The notes: generated from the sequence alone by a model not told the origin. A stretch of 64,000 nt of DNA from Felis catus (GCF_018350175.1 NC_058382.1:54376001-54440000), one strand, 5' to 3'; positions 12,690 to 26,534 are shown, numbered from the stretch's first letter. Translations and numbers: made by a program.

Positions 12690-14065
12690 AAGACTTTTTT
12701 TTAAAAGAAAATGGTATTTTAAAAGTAAAACAATGTTCTGGAGTGGGAGTTTACAGAACAGCAATGCGGGGAGGCTAGAATGATTCATACGGTGATGAGC
12801 TGAAGTTGGAGACATCAGAATCATGTTTAGCTTGATATAGATACAACTAGCTACATACAGATATTTACAGATGTGTGTATATACACAGATTAGTATACAC
12901 ACACATATCTCTTTGCTCTGTCAGCTGAGGGGGCCTAGGAGTAATGACACCTCAGTAGTATTGAGCACATCTGATGCCCAAATCTTGGTTTCAAATACCG
13001 TTCTCCAATAAAAGAACAGGGCTCTTTAGAAGAATGGCTGATTCTAGGATGAAGGTAGGAAATACATAAAATGAGCCTGTAATACCTTATGCTACCAGTA
13101 AATAAGAAAGTGCTCAAAATTAATAAATAGGCCCATAATTATGAGGGCAAGTCAAAGAAGCCAACTGGAAAAGCTGCCAATGGCCAAAGCTGGACCAATT
13201 TGAGCAATGAAATAAATGAAGTCTCATTGGATTATATCCAAAGTATAAAATAAATATTCATGAATCAATGCTGATATAAATGAATTATTGAATGAATGAA
13301 TGAATGAATAAATACATAAATAAATAGGTGAGCAGAGACAAATTTCCTTTGCAGAAGTATTCCAAATAATTTATGTAGATATGCCACATTCAAGAAGATA
13401 TGTAGATATCTACATATCAAGAAGATATGTAGATATGCCACATCCTTAGCTGTGGGCTACACATAGTGAGTTCCTTCTAAAAGAGCACAATATAGAAAGT
13501 GGGAGGGGACAGTAATTTTACAGTGGAGAAACCTGATAAACACAAGCTCAGCCAAGTAATCAAAATGAAGGTCAACAGTGGTAAGTCATGCCAACAGTAT
13601 GCAGTCTTGATATGATGTGATAAAAATGGTATGTTAGCCCTGTGACTTGTCAAAATCCCATGAACCCAGTCTAATCAAGAGAATATCATCAGACAAATCC
13701 CAACTGAGGGACATTCTACAAAATATCACACCAGTACTCCTCAAAAACTCATCATAAACAACAAAAGTCTGAAAAAATGTCACAGCCAAGAGGAGTCTAA
13801 GGAGGCTTGATGACTAAATGTAATGTGGTACCCTGGATGGGATCTTGGAATGGAAAAAAAACTATATTAGGTACAAATTAAGGTAACATAAATAGAGTAT
13901 GGTCTTTAGTTAATAATAATGTAACAGTGTTGGTCACTAATTATGATAAATGTACCATGCTAATGTAATGTGTTAATAATAGCAGAACCCAGGTGAGAAG
14001 TATATGGGAACTCTCTGTACTTCTTCAGAATTTTTCTGTAAATGTAAAACTATCCTAAGATATAG
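12690..14065 (+). mobile_element. L1MC-type 3'UTR
   Basis: gagggacattctacaaaat, ccctggatgggatcttggaa, atatgggaactctctgtact. Confidence 0.8.
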
Positions 14066-14835
14066 AGTAAGGTTTTTTTTTTAAGCAACATTCTGTAACA
14101 AATAAAAGCATTTTTAGAAATTATCTCTGCGGGATAGGTACGAGGCCATGAAAGCCAAGGTTTTTTTCTGGAGGAAAATATTGTTGTATTATTTTCAATA
14201 AACACATAGCTAAAAATACACACTAAGAAGAGGAATATTTTTCTCTTCATTAAGAGAAGAGTGAAATATTACATTTTTCTGAACATATAGATGTCCATAA
14301 GGCAGTGATTGAATTCTCCTTTATCACAAAATAGGAGGGAAGACAGTGAATTTATCTGAGAGAAGCACCTACCTAAACAACAAGAAACATTTCAAGAGGA
14401 AGAATTTAGGGAAGAACCTGCCTCCAAAGATAAGCTATTCCAAAATTCAGAAGAAAAATTTAAAAACCTGGTTGGGATTCTCAAAAAAAGGGCAAAAGTA
14501 ATAGGTTCCGTAAGTAATGATCAGAGCATCATAGGAAAAGATTGAGATGAATGGGCAAAGGAAAGCGAGAAAAAGGGAGGTGAGTCATACAAAAGATTTC
14601 AAGGAAACTTACAATGTTGTCACAGAACGAGAATCAACGTTACAGATAATAAAGGACAGTATGTGGTGTAGACAGTAAACTTAAGAATACCTCTCAGAAT
14701 TTAAAATAAAAAGACAAAGGATTAAGATAAAAAGAGAAAGTAAGATAACCAAGGGAGAATCGAGAAAAAAGATGATGTTTAAAAACTATAACTGTAAACA
14801 TTTTTTAAAAAATTAAAAAAAAAAAAGGCAGGGGT

Positions 14836-15040
14836 GGGGAGACTGGGTGGCTCAGTCCATTAAGCATCTGACTTCAGCTCAGATCATGATCTCGCAGACC
14901 GTGGGTTCAAGCCCCGCATCGGGCTCTGTGCTGACCGCTCTGAGCATGGAGCCTGTTTCAGATTCTGTGTCTCTGTCTCTCTCTGCCCTACTCTCACTCA
15001 CACTCTGTCTCTCTCTCAAACGTAAACATTAAAAAAAAAA
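14836..15040 (+). mobile_element. SINEC (felid type)
   Basis: Head, gttcaagccc B-box region, CT tract, A tail. Confidence 0.94.
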
Positions 15041-15814
15041 TTTTTTTTAAGGTGCAACTGAAGAAGAGGAAAAACAGAGCAGAAGCAAAATCTGGGGATA
15101 TAATAGAAGAAAACAGTGGTGAGCTAAAGACTTCCCACTTTATAGAAATCTAAAATGTTAACCATTTTATACAAAGAAAGCAGTCATTTACATGTAAAGG
15201 TAAAACAATAACCTTCTCATATAAACAAGAATTCAAAAAACATACTTTGTTGAAAAAATTTTCCCTAATTATATATTATACTCCAATCAAAATAAAAGCC
15301 TCGGGAATGGAACAACCATAAAGAGGCCAGCAATAAATGCGAAAATCATTCAAAATAGTTAAGTCTAAATAGCTGTTTTAAATCTAGTTGTAAAACTGAA
15401 AGTGAATGTAAAAGTCACAATGTAATAATATCTTGTACTTAAACCTATGTAGAAAGGGGAAGTAAACGGTACTAAATACTTTGTCTCAAGTTGGAGCTGA
15501 AGGATTGGGAAGCCCAAAGACACTCCTTTGCTCCTGACTCTGCAATTAGAAAAAAGCAACCAGAGAATAAATTTGAAACACTAAAGATAACCACTACAAG
15601 AATTCACACTATCTCTTAGCCTCTAAAACACAGACAAATATAAAAGCAAAGTCAATATAGTCCACAAAACATAAGTAAGATAGAAAATAAAGGAGATACC
15701 AAAGAAGTGTAAAAAGCAAAAAGACAGGAGTTAAGGTCACAGTAATAATATTTATTATAATAATAAAAGTAAATGCGATAAATGCCTTTAAGAGGAACAA
15801 ACACTTTACAAAAA

Positions 15815-16020
15815 TTTTAAGGTTTATTTATTTTTTTGAGAGAGAAAGACAGAGACAGAGACAGAGCGTGAGAGGGGGGAGGGGCAGAGAGAGAGGGACA
15901 CACAGAATCCGAAGCAGGCTCCAGGCTCTGAGCTCTCAGCACAGCTTGACAGGGCTTGAACCAGAGATCGTGACCTGAGCCAAAGTCGGTCGCTTAACGG
16001 ACTGAACCACCCAGGCGCCC
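15815..16020 (-). mobile_element. SINEC (felid type), small internal deletion
   Basis: Reverse SINE ending ccacccaggcgccc. Confidence 0.93.
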
Positions 16021-16054
16021 TGGTAGCAAACACTCTTAAATTCTCTTAAATTGG

Positions 16055-16055
<1 letters not shown>

Positions 16056-16092
<37 letters not shown>
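16056..16092 (+). repeat. (CA)n microsatellite
   Basis: Perfect tandem repeat. Confidence 0.97.
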
Positions 16093-16094
<2 letters not shown>

Positions 16095-17785
16095 CATATA
16101 TACACGTATATATACATACATGTATAGTATATGTATGGCAATATAATATGTTCAAAAAATAAGAGAACACAAGAAGACATGGTAAAATGAATACTGGAGG
16201 GAAAAGAAATCTAGGCAAGAAAACTAAATGGGACAAAGAGGACACATTATAATAGTGATGGGTATCATTCAAAATGAAGAATGGTGCAACAGTCAGCAAA
16301 TACTTATCAATTCCCACAGCTTTTCAGAAATTAAAAAATACGTATGAAACACTGAACGCTTGATACTCCTCAAATTTAAAATAACATATATAACTTTTTT
16401 GAGTTACTCTGTTCTGACAAAACTCCATTTAAATATATAAAGAAACAATTGTTAGACATACAAAGAAAAATTAACACAAATACTGTGATTTTGTGACGCA
16501 TCAGCACTAGAAGATAAATTGTTACTAGAAGATAAACAAAAAATAAAAACATAATCTAAATCATAAAATTAGTAAGTTTAATTTTTAAAGTGGGGTGAGG
16601 AGAAAGTACATTTTTCTGACAATTATAAAAGTGACAAATATAGAACATATAAACATAAAACTCAAAATTCAATACAATTACATGTTAGTGACAGACATTA
16701 CCTGAAGATAATTGATCTTGAGAATAATCCTTTTAAAGTAAATCCCTTTAAAAGGAAGTTCGAAATTTTCACAATGAGCATTGGAGAAAAGTTGGAGTGG
16801 AACATTATCTTGAAAAATGAAACAAAAAAAAATTGTCACGGTAAGTTTATTTTATTGCATATTTAATGAAATTAAAGAACAAAAATATTGATTTTGGCAT
16901 ATTTGTTCCAACAAAATTTGAGATCTCCTGAGATAACATCCTTCGTGTTTGAATAATAAAAAGACTGGTTTTTCCTAAAAGAAAGATGAAAGCTTTTATC
17001 AGTCTCCCAAGGGTCCTTTCAATGCTTTTCTATTTGGACATTACTCCTCTGAAGCTATCATGTCATTACCTTGTAGAATTTCAACTTCTTTCTCTTGTAT
17101 TCTGCCACAGCCTTAGTTGTCAAAGGAATTTGGGTGATTCTAGCAGTTCTCCAACATCACCTTCAACCTTACAAAATTCTGCAGGTTTCTTTTTAATCCA
17201 AGATAATGTGTGTGCTTTGTTTTGTCAGGAAAACACCCCCACAATCAGCTAGTGGTGACTGGACAAAGTGATCTGACCAGCTAAACAGGTAAAGCCCCTG
17301 ATCTCACTAGTGAAGGGACCTTGAGGATGAGACCAATTTCCTAAGTGATTAATTCATCCACGAACATTTCATGTTATGACAATTTTGCTCCCCTCTATGG
17401 CTTCATAACTGCAGGGAGTTAGATGCTGAACTCTCGATGCTGACTCTCCCTTCGTGAAATGTAAAATAAACTCTGTCCTATATAATTATGTGTAAGAATA
17501 TATCAAAATTGCGATGACAGCTTATTTAGAAGTTTATCACAGCAAAAACAGGTGGTGTCAAAACTATAGAGTACAGGGAAGGTGTGTTTATCAGTGGCGG
17601 AATTTATGGAGTTAAATGCTTTCATTATTAAGTAACGCTGAAAACAAATAAACTAAGGACTTAATTTTAAAAAACTGGGAAAGATATGAAATTTAAAACC
17701 AAGGAATTAACAAAGATATAAAGGACACTCAAAAAATAAATCTAAGCTCTGATTCTTTGAAAACACCAACACGTTCCAAGACTAG

Positions 17786-17858
17786 GCAAGAGAAAGAAGG
17801 GAGAAAGGGAAAAAAGGAGGGAGGAGGAGGAACAAATGAAATGAGAAGAAAGAAAGAA

Positions 17859-17914
<56 letters not shown>

Positions 17915-17982
17915 AAAAGAGAATGAGAAAGGAAGGAAGGAAGGAAAGAAGGAAGAAATGAGGGAAGCAGGAAGGGAAAGGA
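17786..17982 (+). repeat. Polypurine tract with (GAAA)14 core (17861-17916)
   Basis: Direct reading. Confidence 0.96.
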
Positions 17983-18110
17983 ATACACAGGGCGCAATTA
18001 CATAATGCTAAGTATCATAAAAAGGTCTTCCGTTCTGAAGTGATCAGGTTTTGGAAGAACTCAAAGTCCATTTGTTCTTAAATCAAAATTAGCAATATAA
18101 AGTGACTGTT

Positions 18111-18130
18111 ATCGCCATCTGTTGGTGGCA
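18111..18130 (-). promoter_or_regulatory. Candidate CTCF motif
   Basis: Reverse complement tgccaCCAACAGATGGCGAt matches CCASYAGRKGGCRS at 12/14. Confidence 0.45.
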
Positions 18131-18780
18131 CACAGAGTTGACACCTTTGCTTGGGCTTTGTTAACCTCTAAGAATCTTGCAAATTGAAATTTCAAAATTG
18201 TTTTAAATTTATAGCTTCTGAATATTTTACATGGTACAAGATACTTTAGATGCTATGTCGATTTTAGAATCTTGATGAAATTTCAAATGTACTGGAAATT
18301 ATAAATAGTTAAAATTGACTTAAGAGGAGGTAGAAAAGTCAAAAACACAAACGACAATGTAAGAAGTCAAAACAATTTTTCCCCAACATGTATAAGGACC
18401 AGACAGGTGAGTACTTTTAAGAAAGGAATTATTTCCCATACTCCTGAAACTGCTCCAGAATGTAGAAAAAGAGGGAGACACTAATTTCATAGGTCAGTAT
18501 AATTCTGATACCATAAGAAATCTGACAAAAGTACCCCCAAAAGAGGGAAATTTAAAGATAAACTACCATATTAAATATGGAAGCAAAAGTCATTCAAAAA
18601 ATTATAGCAAGTTAAATAAAACCATATATTCAAAGAATAATACACTGTGTCCCATGAACATTATTTCCAAATGTGCAAGGATAGTTCAATATTATGAAAT
18701 CATCAATCTGATTCACCACAGTAATAGATCCAAACAGGAAAACCCTGTGAAGATCTTGAAAGATAATAAGAAAACACTTT

Positions 18781-18957
18781 GGGAGTGCCTGGGTCACTCA
18801 GTCAGTTAAGCATCCGACTTTGGCTCAGGTCATGATCTCATGGTTCTTGGGTTTGAGCCCTGAATCCAGCTCTGTGCTGACAGCTCAGAGCCTGGAGCCT
18901 GCTTCAGATTCTGTATCTCCATCTCTCTCACTGCCCCTTCCCTGCTCACACTCTGTC

Positions 18958-19016
<59 letters not shown>

Positions 19017-19039
19017 AAATAAATAAACATTTAAAAAAA
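18781..19039 (+). mobile_element. SINEC with expanded (CT)n
   Basis: TSD aataagaaaacacttt; long CT run ~18960-19013. Confidence 0.95.
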
Positions 19040-19324
19040 TAAGAAAACACTTTGATGAACTTCAACTGCATGCCTGGTTAAACAATGCTACTGCACTAGG
19101 GTGAGAAGAATAGTTCATAAATATCAATAAGATTTCCTCTTCTAAAATCAAGAGTAGGAAAACAAGGCCTGAAATAACCACAGTTGGCCATATTGTTTGG
19201 GAATTTTTGGCCAGGGCAGTAAGTCAGAAAAATAAATAAAAATGTAAACTACAATAGTACATATGACTATTTGTTTTCAAAAGCCAAAAGAATCAATTAA
19301 AAACAAATAAGTATACACACAAAG

Positions 19325-19590
19325 GAAAAAAAAGTGAGAAAGAGAGAGAGAGTGAGAGAGAAAGAGAAACCAAGAAACAGACTCTTAACTATAGAGAACA
19401 AACTGATGGTTACCAGAGGGGAGGTGAGTGGGGGGATGGGTGAGATAGCTTATGGGAATTCAGGCGTGTACTTGTCGTGATGAGCACTGAGTAATATATA
19501 AAATTGTTGAGTCGCTATTCTGTACACCTGAAACTAATATATCACTGTATTAACTATACTGGAATTAAAATTTAAAAAACTAAATAATTT
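19325..19590 (+). mobile_element. Carnivore L1 3' end
   Basis: gagaacaaactgatggttaccagagggg...gatgagcactg...tacacctgaaactaat. Confidence 0.9.
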
Positions 19591-20235
19591 TTTTAAAATG
19601 AGTTCAGAGTTTTAATTTTATTTTAAAAATATGTATGAAACAAGACAATGGCTTTTTCACATACTAGTGATAATCATTTACAAAATATCAGAGGAGAAAA
19701 TGATTTCACAAAAGTATCAAAAACGATGAAATGTCATGAAAAAAATTTTAAGACATGCTTTTTCAAGCTACAAAACTCTAAAAAAACATAGTTTGGACAT
19801 GTAAAGTAGCATACCGTGTCCACGAATGAGAAGACTTCATATTGTAAACAAATCAGCTCTTTAAACTAATACAAACATAGTACAATCCAACCAATATCTC
19901 AATAGGACTTCCTTTTGGAAATAAATACAGGTTTTCAAAAATTCAAGTAATCAATGCAGAGAATATTTAAGACTTTTTTAATGAAGGGAAATAGAGTGGG
20001 CCTTTCCCGAGATGATTTTAAAAGTACTACAAGTCTTGGTGCAAGGCTAGAAAAATAAATCAATAAAACCCAACCCAATGTCCAGGAACTAAAAGAAGGA
20101 TCTGTAAGATAGTGGCATGTGAAAAAATAGCATCACAGAGCAGCGTGGAAAATAAGACTATTACTAAGTTTTATTGAAACAATTGGCTGAGCACTTGGAA
20201 AGTACATAAAGTTAAACCCTACTCCAAATATACAT

Positions 20236-20610
20236 ATGGTAGGCTGTAATTAGTTCTTAACTGTCCACTGCCCTTCCTATGAGATTATACTTCCATGCCT
20301 CACTGACATAGACTTAGCCATGTGACTTCATTTGGCCAATGAAATGCGAACAGAAGAGACATGCCACATCCTAGTACAAGTTCGTGGTGCCATTAAATGG
20401 TTCCACCATCACTCTTTGTCCCTTGGTCACGAGAAAGGGCTATAGGCTGCTCCTTCAGGGTGAGTCCCACACAAAGGCATACCTGGAAGAGTACCAAAAC
20501 TCACCCACAGCCAATAAGTAAAGTGCGTGAGGAATCAATATGTATTATTACAAGTCACTGAAATCTGGGGATCATTCGTTACCAAGAATATCCTAAAGAA
20601 AAGTTGAGTG
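20236..20610 (+). mobile_element. MaLR LTR (MLT1H-J-like)
   Basis: gacttagccatgtgacttcatttggccaatgaaatg. Confidence 0.7.
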
Positions 20611-21639
20611 ATATAGAAGTAGAAAGATGAAATGTAACAAAGAATATACGAAGTCTCTAGAGGAAGCTATTGATAAATGTTTATATAATCTTATATCTAT
20701 TTAAATATAATGTGGAAGAACAACATTTAAATAGAACAATTAAAAGCTTTGGCCACATCAAAGTTTAAAACTTCTTTTCTACAAAATATTCAGCCAACAA
20801 CAAACTGGGAAATTTTATATGTCGAAGGATTCATATATAAAAAGTTCTATGAGTGGGGAAGAAAAGATTAATGTTTAAGGGGCCAATGACATTAATGAAA
20901 GTTAATTCTCAAAATAAAGGATAAGACTAACCACAGAACTTGTTAGGATATATTTAACCTCAGTAATCACCAAATAAATGGTAATAAATGCTGAATTCCT
21001 TTTCTGAGTATTTTATTAATACAGATAAAAAATATGATCATGTCTGATGTTGGCAAAGGAATAGGGAAAGTGGCACTCCCCTATACTGTTCTTAAGAGTG
21101 TAATTTTTTTTTGGAAAGCAATTTGGCAAATTGAAGACTTACTTAAAAAGTAACTCAGAAAGTCTATTTCCTGGAATTTATCCTTAAAAATAACTGGACA
21201 AATGGGCAGAAATATGTACATTTATACATACATAACATCCCTGTGTCTTTTTTAATAGGGAAATACCTTAAAAAGCCTTAAATGGTGAAGTAAATTATGA
21301 TACATTTATATATTGGAATACTACATAGCCGTTAAGGATGATTATATACATGTATATTTACAAGAAAAGACATACATGATTTAAAAAGGAAAAAACAATT
21401 TAAAAATATTTGGTTATCTCCAATTATTTTATTATTACTATATATCATATAAATTATATGTATACATGTATATTTTAGTTGTTGTGTGTGTATATTTGTA
21501 TACACACATAATTTTTTAATATCTAAAACTGGAAACATAGCTAAATAATTGGACTTTGGTGTTTTTTTTTCCTTTTTCTTCAAATGCATTTTTTAAAACC
21601 ACAACAATGTATTATGTATGTATTTTTAAAATAGTACAT

Positions 21640-21859
21640 TTTTTAAAAATATTTTTAAGGTTTTTATTTATTTTTGAGACAGGGAGAGACAGAGCACGAA
21701 CAGGGGAGGGTCAGAGAGAGGGAGACACAGAATCTGAAGCAGGCTCCAGGCTCTGAGCTGTCAGCACAGAGCCCGACGCAGGGCTCGAACTCACAGACCG
21801 CGAGATCATGACCTGAGCCGAAGTCGGCCGCTTAACTGACTGAGCCATCCAGGTGCCCC
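21640..21859 (-). mobile_element. SINEC (felid type)
   Basis: Reverse SINE; TSD agtacattttt. Confidence 0.95.
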
Positions 21860-23714
21860 GAGTACATTTTTAAGCTATCCTAAAGGGCTATGTTGCTTCA
21901 ATCCCATTAGAGTCACAGAGCTCTAAGAATATAATGAAAGCTATTGATGGACTGGCCTTGGAAGTGCACATGTACAGCTAGACATAGAATTTTGTATGGA
22001 TTTTCAGTGTCTCGTTCCTCTTGAATATAAATCCAGGGACATCTAGAGGAAGAGCCTTTGACATAGAAGTACTGTCCACCTGATGCCTGTCCCCTCAGGA
22101 TGTCATAACCTTGGTTCTGCTCAGTCCAAATACCTATAATGGACAAGACTGGGGGTTGTTTAAGTTAGTGTTTCATCAAGTTGACAAAACATGTTTTGAG
22201 AATGAGTGATCCCAAGGTCGGTCATGAGGACTGCATCGTTCGTCCATCAGGGGCTCGGATCGGACTCCCTGTCCTTCCAAAGGAATGCATGACAGCCAAG
22301 AGTAATGGAGAAACATGTTCTGTTCCAGTTTCGTCTGCCCGGATTCCCAAGTTTGCAGCTCCACACGTCCCATGCTAGGATTTCTATGTCTTTATCCACT
22401 GAGTGACCCTGAGCTCTCTCTCTAGAATTTTATCCTACATCTGTGTCCATTTCACCTGTTCTGTTCCCTCACCATCTTACTCTCTAACAGTGGAGTGAAC
22501 AAGGGTCTATGTTCCTTCCCCTACCTGAAGGGCACTGATAGTTGAGATCCAGACTAAAAACACTCATTATCTCCTTCCATGCCGGAGCTGGTGCAGCATT
22601 AGCCCCGGGGATCATTATCTAGCCAGTTCATGTCTTGTAACGCGGGACTCTGAAAATTACGTATTTCCCTTGTAGACAAAGCATTCCAAAGGTTCCTGAG
22701 ATCCTGAGATCAACCACCCAACCAGAACAACTTCTGCCACTTGAAGTCTTCTAAGTGTGACACAAACTCTTGAAAGTAAAACCTGAAAGAGTAAATGAGG
22801 TTATAATGCCCAACAGCCTGTATAAGTAAAGGTGAGTCAGATTAATGGGTCCATAATGCTTCAGCTCTGTAGCAGGTATTGGCAGAGAGATAGATTAAGA
22901 ATTTAGGATGACAATCTCTAAACAGGAGAGATATCCAGGCAACAAGATAACATATTTATCCAAATATTTGAAGTGAAATGTTCCAGATGTAAGAAGCCTA
23001 CTGTTTTCAACCAAAAGCTTTAAAAAACATAGAAACCTTTCGAAAGCAGTTAAAACATTCTCCCGCCTTAGGCAGAATATATGGAGCATAGATTAACCAT
23101 TTCTATATGTCTCTGGATAATTAGAAATGTCAACTTTCACACTGTGCTGTGATAGAGGGATCCCCTTGGGAATTTTCAACCGTACATGGTGCCTCCAGCT
23201 ACACTAAATGACTCACTATAATGCTCACTTCATATTTTTGCTTTTGATAGGTTTTTTAGTCTCTTCCTATGTTGTCATAACCTCCATGTTTTGAGCATGC
23301 TTCCAACCACTTAGCCAAGTTCTGATAAAAATTGTGTCTAAGTTAGAGTACAGGAGTTATGAGTAAGAATTGAGGTTCTCTGTTTAGGTTCTTGCTTTCA
23401 GATTCACACAACTTATAGAGTATATGAAGTTTTTTGCATCTAATTTTCTGCACATCTGCCACTAATTTTTTCCCCTGGATTTTCAGCTATGTTGAAGGAA
23501 GGTAGGTTTGGTTGGTAGGTGACGGTCGGTCAAATAAGATGCTATTGAATAAAATTAAATGTGTAATGAAAGTATGCGCAAAAGAAATGGGGTCCTTGGG
23601 AAATAACACAGGAAAACCAAAACTTAAACCAAACCAGAAGGAAGGAAGAGAAAGTTCTTGGCATTTATCACCTCTCACTATTGCCAAGTATTGGGATGAA
23701 TACACATTGTTTCA

Positions 23715-24136
23715 TAGTTAAGATTGCATTTGTCTGCCGTAGAAAACAGAAGTTTATTTAATTATATAACAAAAAGCCTAGAAGTTAGTGACAGCTGCCT
23801 TTGGTTCAGCTTCTCAGTGATACTGGGCTCCCTCTGATACTGGATACTCAGAACCTGGGCTCCTTCTCTTACTGTTCTGCCATTATTCACAAACTGCCTA
23901 CATCTTTGTGGTTACAGGATGGCTGCTGCAGCCCCAGACATCACATCCAACATTCAAAGCAGAATGAAGAAGGGGCAAAGGGCTATAATCTTGTGAGACT
24001 TTGTCCTTTTATTTGGAAGCCTTGCCTTCTTGGGCAAACTCACCCTTTCATCAACTTATCCAGATCTATGACACAGGCCTCCAGGCTGAGAACGGGTCTA
24101 TTACCCTTGAATAAACTGGGATGCTGTTAGCAAAAA

Positions 24137-24191
<55 letters not shown>

Positions 24192-24225
24192 GGATGCAGA
24201 TGGTGACTGAGTAAACTACAATTTC
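23715..24225. mobile_element. Old MaLR LTR (MLT1J/K-like) containing (TAAA)n at ~24135-24191
   Basis: ggatggctgctgcagccccagacatcacatcc. Confidence 0.6.
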
Positions 24226-25240
24226 CACAATGAAGTTATCATTTGATTTTACACTAACAACTGTTTTTATTCTAACAGGGAAACCGAGACTCACGCGTGT
24301 GACTTAGCCAAATGCACACAAGATGACGTTTGGATTTGAACCTCTTGCTCTTCCTCTCTCCACCATCATGCAATGGTAGTAAAAATACACCCCTCAGGTT
24401 TAGAAAATATATTCCAGCATCCCAGTAAAGTTATTTCCTAAATATGTAAAGAATCTTCCAAGAAGCAGGACCTTTACCTTTACCCCAATTTGTAAAGGCA
24501 GAGGGGTCACTGCCACAGAGCTGGGAAGGAAGGTGGGGTCCCAAGGGATGAGAGCCCCACTCAAGGCACTGTCCCTTCTCCGTGACAAGGGCTAGCAAGG
24601 CTTTTCCCGCCTCTCACCAGAGCTGTTCAGTCATGACCACCAACTTCATCAAGCACCTGCCTCGCCCCAGGTATTGAAATTTCAGTACCAGCCTCACCTC
24701 TGGCCCCGGAAGTCACAAAATGCAAACAATGCAATCACCTCTCCACCCCATCCCACTGAATTGGGACAAGACCGTCTTTACTCTTGGGTGTTTTTCCTCT
24801 TTACAGCAGTACCATCATTCTTGAGCATACTGCAGAAATAAAAATTATTGTTCCTTTTTGTTTTATTAAAAATCCTGCCTTGGGATACATGATAAGCAAC
24901 CTTATTAATTTTCTTTTGTATTTAAATGTTTCCAGAAAAAAAAATAATGCGGTATTTTGCAAAAGTGTGAAAAGGGAAGTGATTGCACTAATTCTCAGTA
25001 TTTAAAATCTCTTAGTTCCTATTCATCTCTATGTGGTTTCCATGATTACTGTTCTCAAATTCAGACCCAGTCGGCTTAATGATGCCCCATTATCTAGAGG
25101 AAGAGTGCTTACCCTTGGGCCCCATCGGTGAGCTTCAGAACATCCATTAAATTGAAAGCAAAATGGTACGTGTGTGTGCATACATGCATGCTTTTTTCTG
25201 GAGAGAGGATCCATAGATTTCATCAAATTCTCTAAGAGAT

Positions 25241-25590
25241 TGGATTAGTTTCCTAAAGCAGCCATAACAAATTACTTAAAACTTGGTGGCTTAAAACATA
25301 GAAATTCATTCTCTCACAGTTCTGGAGGTCCCAAGTCCAAAATCAAGAGGTTCACAGGATCACATTCTCTCCAGAGGCTCTAGGGAAGGATCCCTCCTTG
25401 CCTTCTCTGGCTTCTAGTGGCTCCTGGAGCTCCCTTGCTGGTGATCACATCATTCGAACCCCTACCTCTGTCATGAGGCCCTCTTCCCTGTGTCTCCATA
25501 TCCTTTTGTCTCTTGTAGGGACACTCATTGGCTTTAGGGGCCACCCCAATCCAGCATGGTCTCATCTTGATCCTGACCTTATTGTTAACA
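25241..25590 (-). mobile_element. MaLR LTR (MLT1B/C-like), partial
   Basis: ggtggcttaaaaca...tctctcacagttctggagg...aagtccaaaatcaag. Confidence 0.85.
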
Positions 25591-26066
25591 ACAAATGACA
25601 TCCCAAGCTCCCGGGATGATATTCCAGGACGTCCTGGATGGCATTCCAGGGCCTTCTGACTCTGCTGCCATCCCATCTCTCTGACCTCATCATCTGCAGC
25701 CACACTTCAGCCCCCCAAGCCGCTCCTGGCTCCTCCCTCTGCTGCCCTGGTCTGCTTCTCATCCTCTCTGGACGCCTTCTCTCCAAGGCTCTTCCTCTTG
25801 CTGTGGACACAACACACAACTCGATCTTTGGCCCTTCACATCCTTGCTCCATGCTTGTCCCACTAGAGAACACGGCCACACCCATGACTGACTTTTTTGT
25901 TTCCCTGAAAAAGTCTTGCAAATTGAAATCTGCCATCCTGACCCAACCATGCTGGGTTCATAAAAGTTAACATTCACAGAGACTTCCTTAATTCTCCGAG
26001 CACGTGGCCCCCATGGGGTTACCACCTATGAGGTAGGAGCAATCATTACTTCCATTTTACAGTTGA

Positions 26067-26233
26067 CAGCTCAGGTCATGATCCCACAGTTCCTGAGTTT
26101 GAGCCCCATATCAGGGTTGCTGCTGTGAGCAAGAGCCCACCGTGGATCCTCTGTTCCCCCCACCCCCGCCACCCTTCCTCCACTTGCACTCTTTCTCTCC
26201 CAAAAATAAATAAAACATTAAAAAAAAAAAAAA
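26067..26233 (+). mobile_element. 5'-truncated SINEC next to a MIR fragment
   Basis: Begins at cagctcaggtcatgatc and lacks the A-box head; poly(A) tail. Confidence 0.9.
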
Positions 26234-26333
26234 GACCAGCTTCTGATTAGATAGGGCTTGCATACGTGAAAAGATAAACAGTAATTCTGAATGTGGTGGG
26301 AAACCCACAGGGACACAAAAAAAAATGAGATCT

Positions 26334-26534
26334 GGGGCACCTGGGTGTCTCAGTCGATTAAGCATCCAACTCGATTTTGGCTCAAGTTGTGATGTCACAA
26401 TTCATGAGTTTAAGCCCTGAATCAGGCTCTGCACTGGTAGTGCTTGGGATTCTCTGTTTCCCTCTCTGCCTCTTCCCTGCTCGCTCTCTCTCTCTCTCTC
26501 TCTCTCTCAAAATAAATAAACATTAAAAAAAAAA
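26334..26534 (+). mobile_element. SINEC
   Basis: TSD aatgagatct / aatgaggtct. Confidence 0.93.

Larger units (their letters stand above)
14300..21600 (+). mobile_element. Highly decayed old L1 (L1ME-like) remnants hosting later insertions
   Basis: A-rich L1 ORF2/3'-like motifs (aataattctgatacca, atgtgcaaggatagttcaatatt, ttggaaagcaatttggcaa). Confidence 0.55.

Noticed and set aside
13372..13443. CRISPR-like short repeats
   Set aside because: Eukaryotic context, contiguous units and no spacers or cas genes.
17757..18005. Lys/Glu/Arg-rich ORF
   Set aside because: Translation of the GAAA/polypurine microsatellite.
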